DNA of 64,000 nucleotides from a plasmid: NCBI RefSeq assembly GCF_054482595.1, contig NZ_JBTHVH010000001.1; one strand, 5' to 3'. Shown piece by piece: positions 60,201 to 64,000 of this stretch (position 1 is its first letter; each line of letters starts with the position of its first letter). The notes under the pieces were generated by a model. It saw only the letters and a program-made list of their open reading frames with translations, ran no database searches and was not told where the DNA came from. The position numbers and the translations under genes were made by a program.

Positions 60201-60990
60201 CTGCGGCCTTACTCCCTGACTTTCCAATAAAACGACCACGCGCATCGCGTTGGTTTTGGCTTTTTTGCGCACCGCCTTTTTGATCGAACATTTCGCGAGC
60301 GTGTTCGGCTGCTTCGGTCCGTTGTGCCTTTATATCCTCTGGTATAGCCTTCCTGCGTCGTTTTTTACCCTTTGGTGTAGTTGATTTGGCCTGCTGTTCC
60401 TGTTGAGCAATGCCCTCCTGAACTACACGAGAAACGTCCCCTAAATTAAGCCGTTTCATTGCGTCAACAATAGGGTCTACTGATGGCGCATTGGCCACAA
60501 AGTCTGGCCGGGAATTTTCGATTGTTCGATTTAATGCCGACACACTGCGAGATACTGGGTCAACCGTTGCAACGCGTTCCCCTTTCAAATCACGAGCGAG
60601 TTTAACCGTTTCTAACCGCTGTGCTTTAACATCCTCTGTTATTGCCTCTCTTCGTCTATTTGGGGGATTGTGCGCTGTTGGTGCAGCCTGCTGTGCACGG
60701 TTAGTGACTTTGTCCTCCCGTATACGAGAAACGTCCCCTAAATTAAGCCGTTTTATTGCGTCAACAATAGGGTCCACTGATGGCGCATTGGTCACAAAGT
60801 CAGGACGTGAATTTTCGATTGTGCGATTTAATGCCGACACACTGCGAGAGACAGGATCAACAGTTGCAACTCGTTCCCCTTTCAAATCTTCAACAGCTTC
60901 CCGAATACCTGCAAGCTCTTCCAGCTCTTTCGCGCTGGCGGTTTCAACTGTCCTTATAACATCGTCAATATTGGCGTTTTTTCTTTCCAT
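57199..60990 (-). CDS. sit: Sit, tape-measure-like protein with lytic transglycosylase domain
   Basis: 1263 aa. SLT motif ATESGGNPYAKSQTGALGMFQF. Contains internal repeats. Confidence 0.85.
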   Translation of the reverse strand: MERKNANIDDVIRTVETASAKELEELAGIREAVEDLKGERVATVDPVSRSVSALNRTIENSRPDFVTNAPSVDPIVDAIKRLNLGDVSRIREDKVTNRAQQAAPTAHNPPNRRREAITEDVKAQRLETVKLARDLKGERVATVDPVSRSVSALNRTIENSRPDFVANAPSVDPIVDAMKRLNLGDVSRVVQEGIAQQEQQAKSTTPKGKKRRRKAIPEDIKAQRTEAAEHAREMFDQKGGAQKSQNQRDARGRFIGKSGSKAAAEDARAERAEKARRKEDDERLNAESGLLKKLSKVAEGIGNPSETRAVDALGYAVAGPLWAAGKELGGISKEVGGSLNGARKSIADVIRGNDDNSRRKGFFRRKSQNSADVVQVNTQKRTVQELQEQTSEIKEGNDKILSALDQIAKNTGKKKGGLLSKLFSLLGKGAGGVASLLMGRGMLKKAGALAFGALGAKKLVGMLRGGGKKTIAHEGGDLAARAAGKLGLKAVGKGALRAIPLVGTVAGGIYDAVTGWNDTEAQRRAFGLKSGQDPSFQQKAAYTLANVLDMGGLVSGISSAIGEVLKSLGFEDIGNMLQSFSTESIAQAIDSGITNLETYISNLGDTISTKFEDYTAKIGDAVSAWFSDTSNKLLEKLDAIKDFFTVDNLKQVFSDAIDSAIDFIKNPGKHIKEAAGNIWDGVKNLPGKALDAAVDAVKNTPAAMIVSKIPNPIGEANAKEITPELKAPVNSEANAKEIAPQLKAPVNSEANAKEITPELKAPVNSHQETSDSKTESDAKQTNIVTRVINAALDTAKDSNKTVKETANQIINANAVETGNSALQKIDKAIGQNSSSSSSLNTTGTRSDIQKAADTYNNGRLDVKVGSLGSEGKANLDKLAPYFAELENKYGLPEGTLYAIAATESGGNPYAKSQTGALGMFQFTGIAREETGLAEGESFDPVKSAEAAALLMSKYLKQANGDLNEAITAYNAGFGTINKWKKGTGDLSKENREYAIKVNTHRARYLGGEIYTPGAGAQGGAQYGVRGPLPDNAVIDQSTGLAFTPGDSPFEKGGLVDKIGNAVGVNDLVNKFMNGRGMRREVVQGTLEERARGKGTATAAGNVYVDIPMPVEEARPVASNSSYFDQLGAQMGIDGLFDKLRNSPGMRKNNAPEPASTSKVTTAANDLQQPTGRMQIDGQVISDLGGSGAKPTMQLADNTVSLDGETKRLFAQMTSLLARIEEHTKDSAKGQGTVVKVSTPQPGVMRTVPLSIDDPLMNDYARVD
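58696..58849 (-). repeat. 3 x 51-bp coding repeat in sit
   Basis: EANAKEI(T/A)P(E/Q)LKAPVNS repeated three times. Confidence 0.85.
60295..60888 (-). repeat. 2 x 297-bp diverged coding duplication in sit
   Basis: DLKGERVATVDPVSRSVSALNRTIENSRPDFV...RLNLGDVSR occurs at aa 35 and aa 134. Confidence 0.85.
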
Positions 60991-61071
60991 GATCTTATCG
61001 CCTACCGTTTCGGTTTAAGTTTTTCTTCCAGTTTCTCCAACAGGAAAAACGCATAGGATTCAGTAAGCCTT

Positions 61072-61953
61072 TCAGCGTCCTGAATCGGTATACCCCCATA
61101 CAAAACCAGGTTGGACACTAAGGTCTGATAGCTTTTCAATCCCCACCTGTGGAATGAAGTCGGTAGCCCGAAAGGGCACCCACAGACGGGTATATGCACC
61201 CTCTGTGGACTCCTTTTTATCCTGATTTGGGCATTTATGCGGCGGGAGACGAAGACGCATTTCACCTTTATCGATGTAGCACGGTAAACCATGTTCGAGC
61301 TTTTCATGAGCCAGTCGGATGTGTGCCGCCAGCTTCATAAATTCAGTATCAATGGCCATCCGTTTAATCGTTTCATAACGACGCTCAGCCTGATCTTCAC
61401 GAGTACCGCTAACATCGTTATAAAGCTCACACTGATAAGCGAATTCCCAAAAACGCAAATCAACGATCGCTTCTTTGAATTCCGCGTCGTCTTCAGCTGG
61501 CAATGCTGCACGGCGCATCTCCAGCATTTCCATTGCCCAACCATCAAGCGGCACGATACGCCATTGATAAGGTACTCCCTCTACAGACACCTCAATATCG
61601 TCAATGAAAGGTTCCACTTCCAGGACCTGGATATCTTCAGCCAGAGCATTCATATCGCAATCGTAATAATGCTCTTTACCGCAATGTTTACAGGTGTAGG
61701 TGAATGTCTCGACCGGTGTTTCACGGGAGCCGGTAAATATCCACCATAACGCGGTAATCCGGTCCTGCGCCGTCCATGTCAGGGGATCATGTTTCGCGGG
61801 TTCAGCCAGCAAGGCTTTTAAATACGCCGTTGTCTGTTGTTCTTGTTCCTCCGGTGTTATCGAGTTGAAACGCATCGCATCAGCAATATTTGGCTGACGG
61901 AACTGGATCAATTCAGTTGGCCGCGATGGTAGCGGGAAAAGGGGTAAAAGCAT
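61072..61953 (-). CDS. pmgB: PmgB-position protein (293 aa)
   Basis: Lies between tub and sit. Has a CKHCGKEHYYDC motif. Confidence 0.65.
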   Translation of the reverse strand: MLLPLFPLPSRPTELIQFRQPNIADAMRFNSITPEEQEQQTTAYLKALLAEPAKHDPLTWTAQDRITALWWIFTGSRETPVETFTYTCKHCGKEHYYDCDMNALAEDIQVLEVEPFIDDIEVSVEGVPYQWRIVPLDGWAMEMLEMRRAALPAEDDAEFKEAIVDLRFWEFAYQCELYNDVSGTREDQAERRYETIKRMAIDTEFMKLAAHIRLAHEKLEHGLPCYIDKGEMRLRLPPHKCPNQDKKESTEGAYTRLWVPFRATDFIPQVGIEKLSDLSVQPGFVWGYTDSGR

Positions 61954-62659
61954 CCTTGCTCCTTAATTCAAAGAGAAAAACTAAAGCCCAGAAGGGAAGC
62001 CAAAGAACTTGAGGATTGGTTAAACGTGCTGTGCAATGCGAAGGTCATTGGGAATGACTTAAATTCCGTAACCTGATCCCGCGCATAGGTGACATCGCCG
62101 GTAGTGACCGGGAATACCGTCATCTCATTTTCCAGTTTGGTTAAGCCGGAAGACAGCAACCGATAAATACGCACATTGAGCAAATATTTAGACGGTATAT
62201 TCCCGGTACCGTCCGGATTGATCACCCGACTTTTTGCCGTCTTAAACCAGTCTAAAACGAGGCCATCAACGGTATCCCTGACCATCATTGTTATCTGCCC
62301 AGGCGAACGCTCCGTTGGTTGAAGGATATTCCCTCCGCCGATTTTAATCGTTTCATATTCGATGCTGTAATCGTGGTAGGTAATGTCTTTGGCAAAGAAG
62401 TCTGCCCCCTCCAGTCCATCAACTTCGACAGAGAACTGCCATCCTTGCGCGAACAGCATTTTGTTCATGATGATTGACGTCAGCTTACCAACTTCCCGCT
62501 CACCAACGCCGGAGCCAAATAATGTCGTCGTTAATGCCGAAGATACATAAGACTTTACTGAAGCAACATTAAGCCCCATATCAGCCCCCTCACTTCAACA
62601 TGGATGAGAAAAGAACAATCCCCGGGATAATTGCCCTTGTTGCGCTCATTTTCTCTTCC
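61319..62659. repeat. Tandem duplication unit 1 (1341 bp)
   Basis: Identical to 62660-64000 at every position I compared. Confidence 0.9.
61968..62579 (-). CDS. tub: Tub, tail tube protein
   Basis: 203 aa, named from its position. Confidence 0.7.
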   Translation of the reverse strand: MGLNVASVKSYVSSALTTTLFGSGVGEREVGKLTSIIMNKMLFAQGWQFSVEVDGLEGADFFAKDITYHDYSIEYETIKIGGGNILQPTERSPGQITMMVRDTVDGLVLDWFKTAKSRVINPDGTGNIPSKYLLNVRIYRLLSSGLTKLENEMTVFPVTTGDVTYARDQVTEFKSFPMTFALHSTFNQSSSSLASLLGFSFSL

Positions 62660-63294
62660 ATGTGTGCCGCCAGCTTCATAAATTCAGTATCAATGGCCAT
62701 CCGTTTAATCGTTTCATAACGACGCTCAGCCTGATCTTCACGAGTACCGCTAACATCGTTATAAAGCTCACACTGATAAGCGAATTCCCAAAAACGCAAA
62801 TCAACGATCGCTTCTTTGAATTCCGCGTCGTCTTCAGCTGGCAATGCTGCACGGCGCATCTCCAGCATTTCCATTGCCCAACCATCAAGCGGCACGATAC
62901 GCCATTGATAAGGTACTCCCTCTACAGACACCTCAATATCGTCAATGAAAGGTTCCACTTCCAGGACCTGGATATCTTCAGCCAGAGCATTCATATCGCA
63001 ATCGTAATAATGCTCTTTACCGCAATGTTTACAGGTGTAGGTGAATGTCTCGACCGGTGTTTCACGGGAGCCGGTAAATATCCACCATAACGCGGTAATC
63101 CGGTCCTGCGCCGTCCATGTCAGGGGATCATGTTTCGCGGGTTCAGCCAGCAAGGCTTTTAAATACGCCGTTGTCTGTTGTTCTTGTTCCTCCGGTGTTA
63201 TCGAGTTGAAACGCATCGCATCAGCAATATTTGGCTGACGGAACTGGATCAATTCAGTTGGCCGCGATGGTAGCGGGAAAAGGGGTAAAAGCAT
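62590..63294 (-). CDS. Chimeric ORF at the duplication joint (pmgB 5' part fused to the pmgC 3' tail)
   Basis: The first ~211 aa equal PmgB. The last 23 aa equal the ORF tail seen at 63931-64000. Confidence 0.6.
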   Translation of the reverse strand: MLLPLFPLPSRPTELIQFRQPNIADAMRFNSITPEEQEQQTTAYLKALLAEPAKHDPLTWTAQDRITALWWIFTGSRETPVETFTYTCKHCGKEHYYDCDMNALAEDIQVLEVEPFIDDIEVSVEGVPYQWRIVPLDGWAMEMLEMRRAALPAEDDAEFKEAIVDLRFWEFAYQCELYNDVSGTREDQAERRYETIKRMAIDTEFMKLAAHMEEKMSATRAIIPGIVLFSSMLK

Positions 63295-63308
63295 CCTTGC
63301 TCCTTAAT

Positions 63309-63920
63309 TCAAAGAGAAAAACTAAAGCCCAGAAGGGAAGCCAAAGAACTTGAGGATTGGTTAAACGTGCTGTGCAATGCGAAGGTCATTGGGAATGACT
63401 TAAATTCCGTAACCTGATCCCGCGCATAGGTGACATCGCCGGTAGTGACCGGGAATACCGTCATCTCATTTTCCAGTTTGGTTAAGCCGGAAGACAGCAA
63501 CCGATAAATACGCACATTGAGCAAATATTTAGACGGTATATTCCCGGTACCGTCCGGATTGATCACCCGACTTTTTGCCGTCTTAAACCAGTCTAAAACG
63601 AGGCCATCAACGGTATCCCTGACCATCATTGTTATCTGCCCAGGCGAACGCTCCGTTGGTTGAAGGATATTCCCTCCGCCGATTTTAATCGTTTCATATT
63701 CGATGCTGTAATCGTGGTAGGTAATGTCTTTGGCAAAGAAGTCTGCCCCCTCCAGTCCATCAACTTCGACAGAGAACTGCCATCCTTGCGCGAACAGCAT
63801 TTTGTTCATGATGATTGACGTCAGCTTACCAACTTCCCGCTCACCAACGCCGGAGCCAAATAATGTCGTCGTTAATGCCGAAGATACATAAGACTTTACT
63901 GAAGCAACATTAAGCCCCAT
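63309..63920 (-). CDS. tub: Tub, second identical copy
   Basis: 203-aa product identical to that of 61968-62579. Confidence 0.7.
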   Translation of the reverse strand: MGLNVASVKSYVSSALTTTLFGSGVGEREVGKLTSIIMNKMLFAQGWQFSVEVDGLEGADFFAKDITYHDYSIEYETIKIGGGNILQPTERSPGQITMMVRDTVDGLVLDWFKTAKSRVINPDGTGNIPSKYLLNVRIYRLLSSGLTKLENEMTVFPVTTGDVTYARDQVTEFKSFPMTFALHSTFNQSSSSLASLLGFSFSL

Positions 63921-63930
63921 ATCAGCCCCC

Positions 63931-64000
63931 TCACTTCAACATGGATGAGAAAAGAACAATCCCCGGGATAATTGCCCTTGTTGCGCTCATTTTCTCTTCC
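63931..64000 (-). CDS. pmgC: 3' end of the upstream gene (pmgC position), cut by window edge
   Basis: Reads ...EEKMSATRAIIPGIVLFSSMLK then a stop. Only 23 codons are visible. Confidence 0.5.
   Translation of the reverse strand, partial: EEKMSATRAIIPGIVLFSSMLK

Larger units (their letters stand above)
62660..64000. repeat. Tandem duplication unit 2, ending exactly at the window edge
   Basis: Offset of 1341 bp from unit 1. Confidence 0.9.

Noticed and set aside
61002..61307. 101-aa ORF overlapping the pmgB-position gene, considered as an independent gene
   Set aside because: Most of it is an alternative frame of a better-supported ORF. Only its last 23 codons or so are of interest, and those are reported as a possible frame issue at the G5 run.

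Overview
The window is most of a P1-family temperate phage-plasmid. It shows a perfect 34-bp loxP, Cre, C1, Coi, Phd/Doc, HumD, Hot, Lpa, PacA with its internal pac site, PacB, Lxc/Ulx/DarB, Prt/Pro, a SAR-type Lyz, SSB, IddB/DdrB/DdrA/DarA/Hdf, LydB/LydA, and the tail genes U, S, R, 16, bplA, pmgA, sit, pmgB and tub. Gene names come from my recall of P1 proteins and P1 gene order, not from a database search. Many 17-bp C1-operator-like sites (ATTGCTCTAATAAATTT type) and a recurring late-promoter motif are visible. Against that conserved backbone, several segments differ from P1 as I remember it. (1) Two complete c4-icd-ant (immI-type) antirepressor modules lie in inverted orientation on either side of c1-coi-loxP-cre. 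Their antisense RNAs share a fold but have different recognition loops, each matched to its own icd ribosome-binding site. (2) The ref / res-mod (EcoP1I) region is missing. In its place are the second immI module, an MBL-fold hydrolase and a Mat-position ORF, while the full Dar anti-restriction set is kept. (3) An HTH-HipA-like (YjjJ/HipH-type) kinase sits between ssb and ddrB. (4) cin is reduced to a roughly 45-codon stump with no invertible C segment, next to one long S tail-fibre gene with a glycine-rich C-terminus. (5) The left 12 kb is a C1-operator-punctuated accessory region. It holds a VRR-NUC nuclease, two GSGPS Rossmann paralogs, a PPP phosphatase, a GT-A-like transferase, a HAD phosphatase, an ASCH-like protein, a PAPS-reductase-like protein, and Ead/Ea22- and DUF551-type genes. 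(6) An exact 1341-bp tandem duplication (part of pmgB, tub and the pmgC 3' end) runs to the window edge and may be an assembly artefact. No CRISPR array, rRNA, tRNA or transposase was seen. RNA ends, promoter calls and remote-homology functions are approximate.
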